NCBI GenBank assembly: GCA_904063045.1
Contig: CAJFCJ010000002.1
Location: 2,537,891 to 2,601,890, forward strand
Source: Dimorphilus gyrociliatus
Lineage: Eukaryota; Animalia; Annelida
DNA length: 64,000 bases
Reading direction: 5' to 3'
A program made the translations under genes and the position numbers. Shown one piece after another: positions 1-13,653 of the stretch. The notes below the pieces were generated by a model. The model was not told where the DNA came from and made no database searches. It saw only the letters and a list, made by a program, of their open reading frames with translations. Every line of letters begins with the position of its first letter. Positions within the stretch are counted from its first letter, which is position 1.

Positions 1-325
1 TGTAATATTTTCCATTTTTAAGTGATTAAGCTTGAATTTGTGGATTAACAAAAGAGGAAAAAGCTTTAAAACCGTCTATTCATTAGTGATGAAAGAAAGT
101 AACAATTTGATATTTCTGGTAAAGTCACAAAAATTTTCTTTAATTAAAAATTTATTCAATAGCTTAATACATTTAATTGAACATGACGGTTGTTTTTCAT
201 TTAAAAATAGTTCATTGAAGTTTTCTTCCTCTTGTATTACTGCTTATGGCAATCAGGTATTAGAATTCGTCAAGAAAAAAATCTGAAAATGTGGCATTAA
301 TACGACAGGAAAGGATCACGAAGTG

Positions 326-1433
326 CTATTGTCTAAATTTCACAACTTCTCTAACTTGTTCTGATGTTTCTTCCTCGTCTAAAGATGCATTACTCTCAAA
401 GTATTCTTCGCATTCTTTCAGTACTTGGCGAACCTCTTCTGAGTTAATATCAACGCTAGTGAATTTTTCTTGTTCATCTTTTAATGCCCTCTCTTCAATT
501 TTCTTTTGCAGTTCTCGTTTCTTAAATTTTTTTAATAATTCTAATGTTGGTTTTATGTCCTCTTCCCGTAATTCCAATGAAGTTGGTTGTAGGTGAAGTG
601 CTTTACTAAACGATCGAATCGCCATAGATACTTCACCTAAATTTAATTGACATCTTCCAAGAGTTTGCCAAGCTAAATACCAATTGGGTTTATATTTTGC
701 AGCTTCCTCAGCACTCTGAATTGCCGGCATTACTTCACCTAAGGCCATGTAGGCCTATTAAAAGTATCTTATTTTCCATTTTCCATCTCATTGTAAATTG
801 AACTTAATAACAAAGTTACCTGGGCTTTCATTTCATGTATTTCTGCAACAGCGGAAACAAGTTGTAACGCTTGATTCCATTTGTCAATAGCTTCCCAGTA
901 TCTGTTTTATTTTTCTCTTAAGGACCTTTCAAGGTGTCATTTTCTTTTTAAATAAAAAAAATATCACCTTTCGTTATCGGCTAAGGTACATCCTTCTCCT
1001 TTTAGACGTTGACATTTCGCTAGGGCGTCTTCAAGTTGTAATGCTGAAAAAAAAATGCTTTTATAGTTTATTTACAAAAAACATCTTTTTATCTTAAATT
1101 GTCTACAATTATAGGATCATTTCCTCTGTGTGAAAGACTCTTTCCTTTTATATCATTTTTATTTAGATTACGGGAAAATGATATCTTTATATGCTATTTC
1201 CTTTAAAATAGAGTAGCTTCTTTCTTTTCTATTCTAACTGGATAAATAACAAAAACGATTTATAAACCTGGCTTCTTCGGTCTCAATGTCAACCAATCTA
1301 TTCCTGTATCTTCGAGATCTTGGATAGTTGTTTCGTTAGCTGAATCGTTTTCAAACTGTTCTTTAATTGAATGGACTACAGTATCTCCCAGCTTCCTCTT
1401 CCATCCAAATTTTACTTTACCAGTATTCGTCAT
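326..1433 (-). CDS. TTC33: Tetratricopeptide repeat protein 33 (4 exons)
   Basis: Spliced ORF from ATG 1433 (MTNTGKVKFGWKRKLGD...) through RLKGEGCTLADNERYWEAIDKWNQALQL to AWQTLGRCQLNLGEVSMAIRSFSKALHL; stop at 326. The FGWKRK N-terminus and TPR repeats match TTC33. GT-AG junctions keep frame. Confidence 0.9.
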
Positions 1434-1743
1434 TATATAAACTCTCGTTAATTTTTACGAACTACTAAATAAATCATCTAAAATCTATTTTTAAGAACTA
1501 AATAATGAGGGGCAAGCTACCAGTTGTTTTTTATACATCCAAGGAATATTTTACGCAAAAAGTAATTACAACTGTATAATACAGATGGCATTCAAAACCC
1601 AAAGACTATAGGCTAAAAAAAGCGGCGTCTGATTGGCGTCCCGTATTATAATGCAACAGTCGTCTGACTGTCTATTACAGTGTTGCAGTATTTGGAGAAA
1701 GCTGTTACGATTACTTTTTGGAAGATAAATTTCTCTGGAAACA

Positions 1744-2547
1744 ATGAGCAAACCAATTGTAGGTAAGTAGCATAACTGTTCTAATAGAAAAGAAATAATC
1801 TATAACAAGAGGAGAATAAGAGAAAATTTTAACCATAATTTACGAATTGTTAAACGAAATCAGTATAAAATTATCATACCATTCTGAGGATTACAATGTA
1901 AAGAAACAAACGAAATTCGTTTATATCATTAATCAGCAGCCTTGACTCACAGCGTTAATAAATCATTAATAACTTGTCCTTTAATGCCCTGGTCGGATGG
2001 TCTGATACGCAAAATTCCCAGACATCTGCCATTTGGGCCTACTTTTAGTAATTTTTTTCTCTCAAGCCAAACTATAAGAAATCCAATTTCAATAAATTTC
2101 ACTTTATTTATTCAACTAGATGTTGAAAATGGAAATATCGCATTTGAGGTTATACTTCGGCCCAAAGCGGCTAAACCTCCAGCGGATAAGAGTGGGATAA
2201 CTTGTCGAGTTAAGTCTATGGAAGATATCGACAAGAAGCTACAAGGTGCCGAAGAGAGGAGAAAGGTCTAAAATATCTATATTTCATAGAATAATAATAT
2301 CAACTTTATATAAATATCACCCTAAAAAGACGCTGGTGACTAATTTATGTAAAAAAGACTGGCCATGAATACTATTTATAGAACATTTGTCATTCTTATT
2401 TCATTTAAAGGAAATTAGAGTTTTAGGTTAAAAAGTTAACATAAAAAATAACAATCATTTTTGCAGTCAGTTGAAGCGGAAAAGTTAATGAAATTAGCAA
2501 AAAAGAATGAAAGAGTAGCAGAAGTAAGAGAAAAAGCTAAACGTTAG
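1744..2547 (+). CDS. Short stathmin-family protein (3 exons, about 81 aa)
   Basis: Exons 1744-1762, 2120-2265 and 2467-2547 splice in frame to MSKPIVDVENGNIAFEVILRP...SMEDIDKKLQGAEERRKSVEAEKLMKLAKKNERVAEVREKAKR*. Stathmin signatures AFEVIL and KKLxxAEERRKS are present. Confidence 0.8.
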
Positions 2548-3015
2548 TAATATATAATAAATAACGATATAAATAGACGACAAATTGATTATCTGATTAT
2601 AAAATGGCGTCTCCTACAGGACAAACGAAAAGTTAAGGGAATGAAAATAGGAAAGAAGGAATTTTTACACGTGGAAAAAATGATAAAAAAAGGAATGAAA
2701 AATGAAAAATAATGAAAACAATTTTCTTTTTTCTGTGGCTTTTACTATTGCAAAATCTATTCGAAAGAGAAGGAATTTTTCTTTCATTTTCTAGTAAAAA
2801 TCTAAATGGACACAAAGAAATTTCGCAGATAATTTTTTTTTGTTTATTTTGCTTTCATTGTTCTTTCTCCTTCTTCTTTTTCTCATTTTCAATATCATTT
2901 TTCATATTTGACTTATGATGAATAAAGAAGAATGTAGAATTTTTTTGTTTGTAAACTATAAATGTCTTTATCTGTTTATTATAACAAAAAAAACATAAAG
3001 ATTCAACTTCATTAA

Positions 3016-4608
3016 TTATTGCTGCGATGTAGACGGATTATTCATTTCAATATTTTCCACTTTTTCAGGAATCCACCAAGACTTTTTATATTTTCTTAAA
3101 AGCAGACAAAGAGCGTAACAACAGCTTGAAAGAAAGTATGCCAATGACGTTGTATAAAAAATAGGCTTGAAACTTCCGTAATAATCGTATAAAAATCCTA
3201 TAATAAGAATTAGTTAATTAGCGTTTGTTGTTTCAAAGACTAATAATAATAAACAGTCTGTACCTGATAAAGTAGGCCCAATTAAATATCCAACTCCCAT
3301 ACCTAGACGAAATATTGAGAACGTTTCATTTAGATGATATCCATCATGTAGTTCGATGCATGACGATAATAGGACAGCAATAATTGGACCATCAAATATA
3401 CCTAGCGCTGTATAAGTAAATAAACGTAACGGAAACGTTTTCATTTTCATTCAATTAATATTATACATACAAATGGCGTAAATTATAATCGTTGGGAAAT
3501 TATGTGTAAATGAACCCAGGAAATTAACAACACTCAATATGAAAGAGAATATGACATATGCAAGTATAAATTTTCCTTTTAGTTTATCACCAAAGTACGA
3601 TGAAGCCAACCTCGAAAAAAATTCACAAGTAGACATAAGTGTCATACCAAGACTTGCTTTACCTTGGGGTATGCCATTTTTAGTCATATAGTGAACCTGT
3701 TGTTTATAATAAGTTCTCTCTATTGAAAGAAATTACTTTAATAGTTATACTTACTAAGAACATAAACGGCGCTGAATATGCTACACTTTTAAGAAGATTT
3801 GCCATTAACCATATTGAACCAACTATCAGTCTTGTGGATACTTTAAGTTTCATACCAGATGTTTTCGCATCTTCTTCATGTTCAATAATACTTTTTTTCT
3901 CTTCTTCATCTGAATCTTCATTATTTTGTACGTCTGAAACTTCTACCATAAGTAGGCTTGTAGGTGCAATAACAACAATTGCTATTATAGCATTGGCAGC
4001 AAATGCAGTATTCCATCCGTAGTTTGCTATGAAGTAATAAGTTATAGGGTTGAATATCAACGATCCAAGAGGAAATCCACAGGTCATAAGACTTGTAGCC
4101 ACGACATGTCTTTTGTGATGAAAGGGAAAGTAATCATTGCAGAGAAAAAAATGAGGATTTGTTAAAATAGCCATTGATGAGCCAAAAAGAACGCCAAAGA
4201 AGATCATCACCCACCAAAGGTTACTTACTGCTCCAGTAAATGCTAAAGTGACTGATGCAAAACTTATGGTAACCAACAATGATTTCCTAGTTCGTAGTCT
4301 GTCAGTTAAAAATGTCGAAAACGGAGCCATAGAAAAAGCAAAGAATAAAGATAATGAACTGATTAAACCTATAGTGAAATATTTTTCAGTAATTTGTATT
4401 TTTATTTAATTGAATAACGCTTACCTAAAGAAGTTTCATTGTTCGTTATCGAACCTTTAAGAACTGGAATAAATTCTCCAAATGATAATAAAATACCAAA
4501 GCCAATAGAAAAATGAACAACGCTAATCATACTTAGCAATATGCCTCGAGAATCTTTATCTCTCCATTTTCTTTTAATAAAATCGAAAATTATATTATTT
4601 ATCGTCAT
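3016..4608 (-). CDS. MFS monocarboxylate transporter, SLC16-like (multi-exon)
   Basis: Hydrophobic exons with MCT-type motifs (APFSTFLTDRLRTR, YFPFHHKRHVVATSLMTCGFPLGSLIF, GVGYLIGPTLSG then GFLYDYYGSF). The last exon ends ...PSTSQQ* at 3016. Probable ATG at 4608. Confidence 0.8.
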
Positions 4609-5384
4609 CGCTACGATTGTTCCCTTTCTAGTAATTTTCAAGTAACTTTTTTCACGAGAAGATTCAGAGTTTCATGAAAATTTCAAATCAGGATCAATTC
4701 ATAAAACTGTATAAATAGCCTTAAAAAATTACAAACCAGTACACTGACTTTCACAGTCTTTGATACACATGATTTAAAGTTCACACTTGCTCACCATATA
4801 AAAGACTGGCCCTTTTGATAGAAACCGGTAGTTCCTCTTTATTGAATAGCAAAAGATGAATTCAGGCGTACCATGTCTGGTTGTATTCAAAGGGCATTCA
4901 AACGTACTGTCAAAGCTGAGCATATTAATATAGTTTTTAAGGCCAATGAATACAGGAGAATAATATAAAAATATTGTCATTTATACCCATATTTCATAAT
5001 CAAACTGTTTATTTCAATAAACATACAATAGAGATAACTTTAAATACAATATACAATATTTTACTATCATTGTTTATGCAACTTTTTCCCTTATTATTTA
5101 TCTTAATACAATAAAAGTTATAGATGTTTCACAAATATCCTATTTTTTCCAGTAAGTTTTTCTTTGCCCATACTTGTATTATAATCATTAGATTACTCAA
5201 TAAAAAATAGCGTAAATGTATACAACCTCTCTTATTTAATGAAAGTGCAAACAAAAACAACTTAGCTTTCTTTTTTTAATTAAATAGGAAGAAAAACAGA
5301 AATTCTGTCAACACCTCCAACAAACATTCTGTTGATATTAGAACAATTTTTAACATATTTTTTAACTGAGTTCAATAGGAGTAA

Positions 5385-8300
5385 TCATTTTTTAAAGTCC
5401 ACTAAAGTGTTCCATATAACTGTACTGTCTTTGGTAGCGACCGTAGATTGTCTAAATTTCTCGATATCTTCATTACTTAGGTGAGAGTCTGTAGCTTTTT
5501 TAATCTGCATAATCTCTTCTTCGTTCAAATCTAAAATGTTATATATACATATAATATATTGTTGAATCAAATATTGTTAATCAAGCTATTCACCTTTTAC
5601 GCGCTGAAGCATAGAACCTAGAGCCTCAAATGCAGTCATTTTTATATTGAAGTTATCTGATTGTCCATATTGACAAAATTTCGGTATGAGATTTTTGACA
5701 AATGATATATCTGTTTTCGCAGATTTTTCAACAATACGGGCTAGAGTTCTTAGCGCTGCTATTTCTAGTTTTGAAGAAGTCATCTTAGTCGATGCAGCCA
5801 ATTTAAAGAGTGATTCAGTTACTTTAGTGAACATTTTCTCTGGATAAGGAGATAAACGTTATTTGTTTATCAATTCAATATAATTAAATATACCTTGAAA
5901 TTCTAAATCTGTTTGCCATGATAAGACAACGACAAGGAGACAAGTGTTTATATGTTGATACCAGTCTTTTTCGGCACATGTCTCAAAAAGTTCTTGAATC
6001 TCAAAAGTTTTATCTGGATTCAGAATGTCTTCAACTATCGACCAAATATCACAAAACAAATTTAAATTATTCTTAGCATTTAGGGCTGCTAAAGATGATA
6101 AAGCAGCAGACTGATAATCTGTATATTTCATCTTTTTGCTCTCCTTTAATAAGGCAGCTGAAGCCTGAGGTATGAATTTAAAGATATGTCACTGTTAATA
6201 AAACGGCTGATTATATCAAATACCTGCTTAATACATTCAATTGCCTCTACTTTTTTCTCGAGTGGGTCATAGCTAGCGCATATAGACCCAATAGCATTTA
6301 TGACTTCAATCTTTCCAGTCCAATAGCTTTGCTTAAGCATTTCAATCATTGTTTGTAACAGATCTCGGTGCCTTTCGTCATCCAGCATTTCTTTGCCGAT
6401 AAAGTCAGTCATAGCTGATATGGTTAATGCTCCTTGCTTCCTTAAAGTCCAACTATTGGATATTAGGGCAATTTTTGCGAGGCTTGTTAGTTCATTACTA
6501 TACAGACGTAAAGCACTTTCAGATGCTGGAAAAAGATGTGTACTTGTTTAATTAGGTTAGTATGAGAATATATATTAGTAACATACAAGAAGTAAATTCT
6601 GTCCACGTCTCCTGCCATATAGTATGTCTTTGAGCAATGGCCCTTTCCTGTGCTTCAGTTTCGCCACTCTTTGCTAATTCCCTACCGCGTTGACGTGTTC
6701 CTTGCATGGCAAAATATATCAAAGGTAGCATAAGAGAAAGGTATTGAGAAAATAGGCTTGGAGAATATTTCGACCACGCATTAATTATCTCACAAACATC
6801 TTGTCGAACGTCGTTTTTGGTAGCTTCGTCGTTATCAGCAGTTAAATAAGCGTTAATAAGAGTTTTCTCACACATCTTTTGAACGAGAATAGGGGTGGCC
6901 ACCTAAAAAAATTAAAAGCTTTTCTTAAAAGATCGATCAGATTGTTGTTTAACAACAGGAAAGTACTTACTCTAACGAGGTGACCCACAGCAGATGCATA
7001 TGATCTTCTTATTATAGCTTGCTTTTCCTTTTGATTGGATTTGTGAATAGCTGCTCTTAGAAGAGTATCTAAAATTTTTCAAATTTACATCAATTGTTGA
7101 AAATGAGTATGTTATAGTTTTCACCTCCATGAGGTCTAATTTCCTCCGCCTTGTGTACTACTAAAGTAGTCAATAAGTTTGCGCAACCAATCTAGAATAA
7201 AAATCTTCATGAAAAGATCATAAAAACTTAATACATTAGATACGAACATGAGTTCCTAAGCCAACTCCTCGCTTCATTAAATCCACCAATTTTGGAACTA
7301 ATTTTTCTGCTGTAGAACAATCAATGTGCTTTACACACTTTTTAACAACCTGCATAGCTGTAGAAGTCTTAGAGGCTGAGGCCCGAGCAGTTTCAAGCTG
7401 GTCGATCAAGATGTTTAATCATTTCTTATTACTAAAGGTGGCCACCTTACCTTATCTTTTAGTTCTGCATCATTCGCTAACCAGTTTGATAGATAATTCA
7501 ACTTTGCTGGTTCAAGAGTACTCAAGCATTCGAGCATTGTGATTATTATGTCAGGTATGTAATCACGAACATGTACAGTTATTTCTAGATGCATCAGAGT
7601 TTTCAAGCTGATAAAGCATAACAATGTACTCTAATAGTTATATAAAAATTAGATTACTCACCATACAATCCTTACTGTTTCACATCGGCTCTCTACCTCA
7701 TCCAAGAACACTGGAATTACCTGACTGCAAGCCTTCGCAGGATATCGTCCGTAATTTGGATCACATAATTTTATTGTAATCCGACTTAGAGTATTACAGG
7801 TTTTCTCTGCCGCCTGTTAGGGTTTTGCAAAATAAAAGAATTTACAAAAATTATTTAAAAGTTTTTAAACAAACCAGTCGAACAGATTCTTTCATATCAT
7901 CTACAACCTTCAAAATGGTTTTCCATAAAGGAACCAAAAAGGTTAGTTCGTTGTTCATATCACAAACTCTCAAAAGTTCGTTCAGAGCAAGGCAAGATGA
8001 CTCTCTAACTCTCCACAACTGGGACATCATACTTTTATTCAACTCTAATAATATCTTCAAAAAGTGTTCAGGAACACTCTTATGACCGTCTGGCACCAAA
8101 GCGTTCCAAATAGAAGACATAGCTGCTTGGACTTTTGGGTTTGGATCAAACTGATATCGGTAGAGTTTTGGTATAATGATATCTAGATGGGGGGCAAGCT
8201 GGTCACTAGCATTTGAGGCAATAGACTTAAAACCAATCGCTGCACCCTGCATTATAAAGGGAGGTTTAATGACACAATGAATAAATTGGGAATAAAGTCG

Positions 8301-11300
8301 CTGACTTTCATAGAATTCCAAACGGCTTGATGATTAGCCAAATGTAAAAATTTGTAAACTAAATCAGGTTGATTTAGGTCATTTGCAATCGAACAAAGTT
8401 CTCTGTAAGTTGACAAATTCTGTCCATCTGGAGTCTGACCTAGAGCACCTTCCTCAAACAGTTTTGTATCTGGAGTTAGTTCTTGTTTATGCCTGCAAAT
8501 TATATAACATTTAATGACTATATTTCTTTTCCTTGGTGGTGATCCCATTCCACTAAATCCTCAGTTCATTTTAGTTAAATTATGATATATTAATTTCATT
8601 TACTGAAAACCTACTTTTTTTTGCCCATTAATGCATCCACAAGAGTTGATACCATCTTGTTCTGATCGCTAGTAGGACTTCTCTCAAAAACAATTGACAG
8701 AGCCTGAGAAGCTAGACCTTGGGTTAATTCTGAAAGATGTTAATATTTAGTAATTGTGATAATTTAGTGATATTTGTCTGATACCATCTCTGTCTACTAA
8801 AAGTTTAATGAAAGCATTTTGAATTTCTGGTAATCGAGATAAAATTCCGGGATGAAATGAAGAACAATATCTTAAAACTGAGTGGAGCCAAATGCATCCA
8901 GCCTGACGAATATGAGGATTCTGGCTATTAAATAGTACTGTGATTAATTCGGTCATTATCTTTCCAATTCGATCATCATCCTGTCAACACATTGCATAAG
9001 TAAATATGTTTTTTTAAATATAAATACAACGCTTAGATTGTTCAATGTTTCTTTTGTTTCTTTTTCGTAAGTATCATCGTCTTTTTGGAGCAGATAATTT
9101 TTTGAAAAAGATAATCTGCCCAGTCCCACATCAATTAGGGCTCTTCCAATTGTTATATGAAGGTTCAGCTGCCTTGGTCCAGCACTGTTCAAGAGTTCCT
9201 TCAGGATCTATCGTAGACAAAAGAACAATTATACTCAATTTGATTTCGAAGTGCAACTTACTTTGTCTCTAAATGGAAACCTTTCTTCACCGACGCACAA
9301 ACGACCAACGGCTATTGCAGCATGCTCTCTTAACTAATTTTGAAAGTATAGGTGAAATATGTAAAGAATTTGTAATAGAAAAAAGACATCACCTTGCCGT
9401 TCACGTTGGTTGCCGCAATCATTTCTAAGAGTTTGTTGACCAATCGCTCTTTAGTCACGCTACCACCATTTTTTTCAGGTAAAGGTAGCGCGTATGACAA
9501 ACCTATACTACCAATAGCATCACATAAAGCACAAACTAAATTCATGGTTGCTCCAGTGCATTTTTGTTCGCATTTTACGAGCTCTTCACCTAAAAATTAC
9601 ATAAAGATTAAATAATGAGCTTCAAGACAATTAATAATGTAGTTCATACATAATAACACAATCACTTCATTGATTTTATTTGAGATCATGTCTTCATTTT
9701 TTTTGTCTATTTTCCTACGCTTTGTTCCTTCACAAGAATCTACCTGAATCATTAGTTGACTAATGATTTCACCTAAAGCCCAAACATAACCTTGAGATGC
9801 TTTAAACTGAAAAATAAATTAAAATTTTAATTCTGAACCAGTAAGTTGATTTCGGTCTGCTTTAATGAAATATTAAGTAACAACTTTAAACTCACATCCG
9901 ACTTAACGTGACTAGAGAACAAATTTATTATTGAGTTGATGTCACTACTTTTCCAACAGTTCTTTGCTAAAATACTAACAAGACGCCCACATTCTTTCTT
10001 AACTTCATAACTTTCATTCTTTATTAAATGATTTATGCGGGAGGACAACTTTGAAGAATTAGAATCATTATAGTATTGTGGACAAAACGCCATTAATTCC
10101 ATCAAGTAATAAATACATTCTCGATCTGTGTGAAATACAAGATGATCATCTGATTAATACTCAAGAGAACCTTATTAACCGTTAGATAATTGGACTGCCT
10201 GTGAAAGAAGGTTGTACCAGGTTTTGAATATTTCTGTTCGAGTTTTATCATTAGATGCTTTAATAACATAATCACGAACAGTCAAATCCAAATTTAAGTC
10301 TTTTGCTCGGTTACTAGAATCTCGATCCATGTTAAGAAATGTGTCATTTTTTATAGTGCATGTTTTCTTACTGGTATCTTGCAAGCACTTATATAGATAA
10401 TGAATAATCTGTAAAGATATTTAAAGGAAATATAAAACAGCTAAGAATAAATAATTCGAAGGTAAACCTTTATTAAAGTTTCCATTGAATACTTTTTCGG
10501 GTCAAGTGTTTTGTCTTTATTTTCAGACAACTATATAAAATGAAATTTATAAATGATTCAATTTGAAATACACAAATTAACCTTCTCAACGGTGTATTCC
10601 AACATATCCTCGAATACTGGAAATTTAGTATTTCCGTCTTCCAATGCGGTATTTAAATATTTATCGGCGGCTTGAGTTATAGATGATTTTCTTAAAATTA
10701 GAGATGAGTTGTAAAAGTTGTTAATTATTAAAAACTAAACTTACTTATCAGCTGCGGCTAATAGTAAGACAAATCGTGTTGGTATGTGATCTGAAGGAAA
10801 GGCCTGTTCAGCGTAATGAACAGCAGCATGCCGTAGCAAATCTTGCTTTTGACCTATATAATGAAGCAATAAACACTGAAGAAATTCCAACCGCTCTTTT
10901 CGAAGATTTTTGAATGAAGCAACCATAGTTATCAAAGCTTGGTACACACTCATTTGTAATTCTTTATCTCCCTAACGTAAAATAAAAAATAAAATTATTA
11001 CCAACAAATTATATACTTTGTTTGATAGAATACCTTTTCGAGATGTAATATATCAAACCAAGATTTAAAATCATCAAAGTATTTCTCAACCAAGTGAGGA
11101 AGCCTTTGACAAACTTTCCCTAAAACTTCATAAATCATACCTAAACTTTTCGGATCCTGTAAATAAATAATTATAGTTATTTTCAAGGGATAAATTTTAA
11201 ATAGTATAAAGCTTACCACAGTCTCATTTTTTCGAAATTTCATCATATGTTCCATTAGAAGCGGTCCCAATCCTTCGAATACTTTATCTGAGGTCCTGTT

Positions 11301-13380
11301 TGAAAAAAGCTTTAGCATCGAAGATATCTAAGTGTAGTAATATTTACCTCAGAGTTATAGAGTGAATAAATTTTACTAGTAAGTTCACTAATTTCTGATT
11401 AGGAGGAACTCTCTTGTCGTAAAGAGTTGGAAAGATTATCTAAAAAAAAGCAATTTAGTATTCTATTTTTTCTGAATCGTTGGATATTATATTACTTGTA
11501 TAGCCAGGCTAACAGATGTTGGAATGTAGGTTGATCTTGTAAAGAGTGGTAACAATTTCATTTTTAATCGAATATCAGCTGGCATTGTTAGATCATCTTC
11601 TTTCAATTTCCCCTGTGAATGTTTATTTTGAAAATCGTTTTGGTAAGATTTAGCTAATTTGTTAAATTTTTCTATTCACCTCTAACGTTGCCTTCTTTTG
11701 TCCACAAGTACCATTTAGCAAAATAACTAATTCATTCATAACCGTTTTATTATTCCACATTTCTTCACTGAAGGGAAAAAAAATATTTTGCAATTGTTTT
11801 TAATATCAATCAAATATTAATTCATACTCTGCTCTTCTCTTTAACTCCAAATCGGCAGTTGTAGCAACACTATGTCTCGTATCAGCTGATGCTATAACTA
11901 ACGGTACGATAACATCTACTTCATTTAATACATCAGAACTTAAAATGTGAACCGCTGCTTTCTTCCACTAATTAAAAAAATTGCTTTAGTTTTAAGTAAT
12001 TGTATGAAATTTTTTACCTGTTCTAAGTTTTCTGCGCTGGGAGCAACAGTTCCACAAGTACTTTTCAATGAATTTTTACTCATTCCACATGGTGAGAAAA
12101 GGGTCGATTTCTCAATGACTTCTTTGCTACCGGTGGTTGTATTTGGTTTAGGCTTGAATGGCAATGATAATCTACACAAAATGGAACAATAAAATTTTAT
12201 ATTATAAATTGTCAATAGCCTTATTAGTTCTAACCCGTAGGGAAGTAGTAAGACGTTTTTTAACTGATTTCTAAGTAAACGTTTACAACGGTCCGAGAGT
12301 GATTTCAGTAGATTACAAGTCTCTTTGTCATTATCAAGTCTTAAATGAATCAAAGATGGTGTTATAAGCTGAAGTACACTGCAAGAAAATATCCATTAAT
12401 CAAGTTCTTTCACTACCTATCACAAAAAAATTACTTGTCTTGAATATGCTGCACTTTCCCTTCATTTATTCCGGCATTCAAAAGTTTTGGTATACAACGA
12501 ACTTGAGTTTGTATGTCCTCTCTACTCAATCCCAATTTGATAAAGACGAGAGAAAAATTCTGTATTTGTAACAAATACTCTTAAGAAAAGTGTCTTGCTG
12601 GAAACTCATGAGCAACCTACCATACTATAAGATGTTGAATCATTAAAAATTTGAATCATTTCGTCAATAGGTAATTTCACTTTGTCATCAGCTTCTATAC
12701 GCCTCTTTATATGCACGAATAGTTCCAATATCTAAGAAAAGGAGATGGCTCACTTGTTAAATAATTTAGCGATAGTGTTCCACGAAAATATAGAACATTT
12801 TACAAAAACTAATCCAATAAATGACAATTATTTGCATAATTATTGTAAGAGGGTAGGCTCATCATCCTAGACAATTTAATCTGGAGTATGTTTTCTATTA
12901 CAATTGAATTTTATAGGATTTAAAAATGGAATCTGCTTTAAGCGATTAACAATTTTTTCATTGTTCGTAAGTTTCAGACTTATCTATAGACAAAACTTGA
13001 TCTTACCGTTTTCCTGACTTTTTCTGAGCTCATAGCCTTCAACAAATAGCACAAATATTGTTTCAGGCATTGTTCAAGTTCTTGACTTTTATCTGTATGG
13101 ACTAGTTTGAAAAATATTTTGTCCACCTCTTCCGAAGTTGCTGAAAGTAAAAACGATAAACCATGAATCAGACAAATCACCTAATATCGTCACAGTTCCG
13201 AAGTCTGAACGGATATATAAAACTTAAATTTGAAGGTTATAAATAATTATGAGATATTAAGTTATTTAAAGTTATGGTTTGATAATAACTACAAAAAAGA
13301 AAATATTAAAAAACTAAATTTCAAGAGTAAAGGAAAACTAAAAAGTTCTTACGTTGCGAGGCAGTTTCTTCCGTATCCAT
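5385..13380 (-). CDS. ECPAS: Proteasome adapter and scaffold ECM29 (many short exons)
   Basis: HEAT-like exons including [15 protein letters not shown]...[27 protein letters not shown] and [13 protein letters not shown]. The N-terminus [33 protein letters not shown] aligns with the ECM29 start. Internal exon boundaries were only partly traced. Confidence 0.9.
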
Positions 13381-13653
13381 TTTGGATTACTGTTCTGACG
13401 AGGTAACCCGAACGATGTCTCTTTGCTCGGAAAGCTGGTTATGATTGGAATGTTTTACTGAGCGATAATGGCAGTTTGTGTCTAAGTTATGTTTTTTTTA
13501 AAACTTGTTCATTTCATGTTGAAGAGAGATGAACATTGACATATGTTTGGAAGATGTTATTGCTTTCAACAGCAAAATCAAATGCTTATTAGTGATTTGA
13601 ACATATCTTAATTATATTTAATGCAAAAGTATAAGGCAGATCACGTATGCTTA

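Noticed and set aside
4774-4980. ORF containing HGTPEF, similar to a kinase subdomain VIII motif
   Set aside because: No other kinase motifs; probably a chance ORF in the ECM29/SLC16 spacer.
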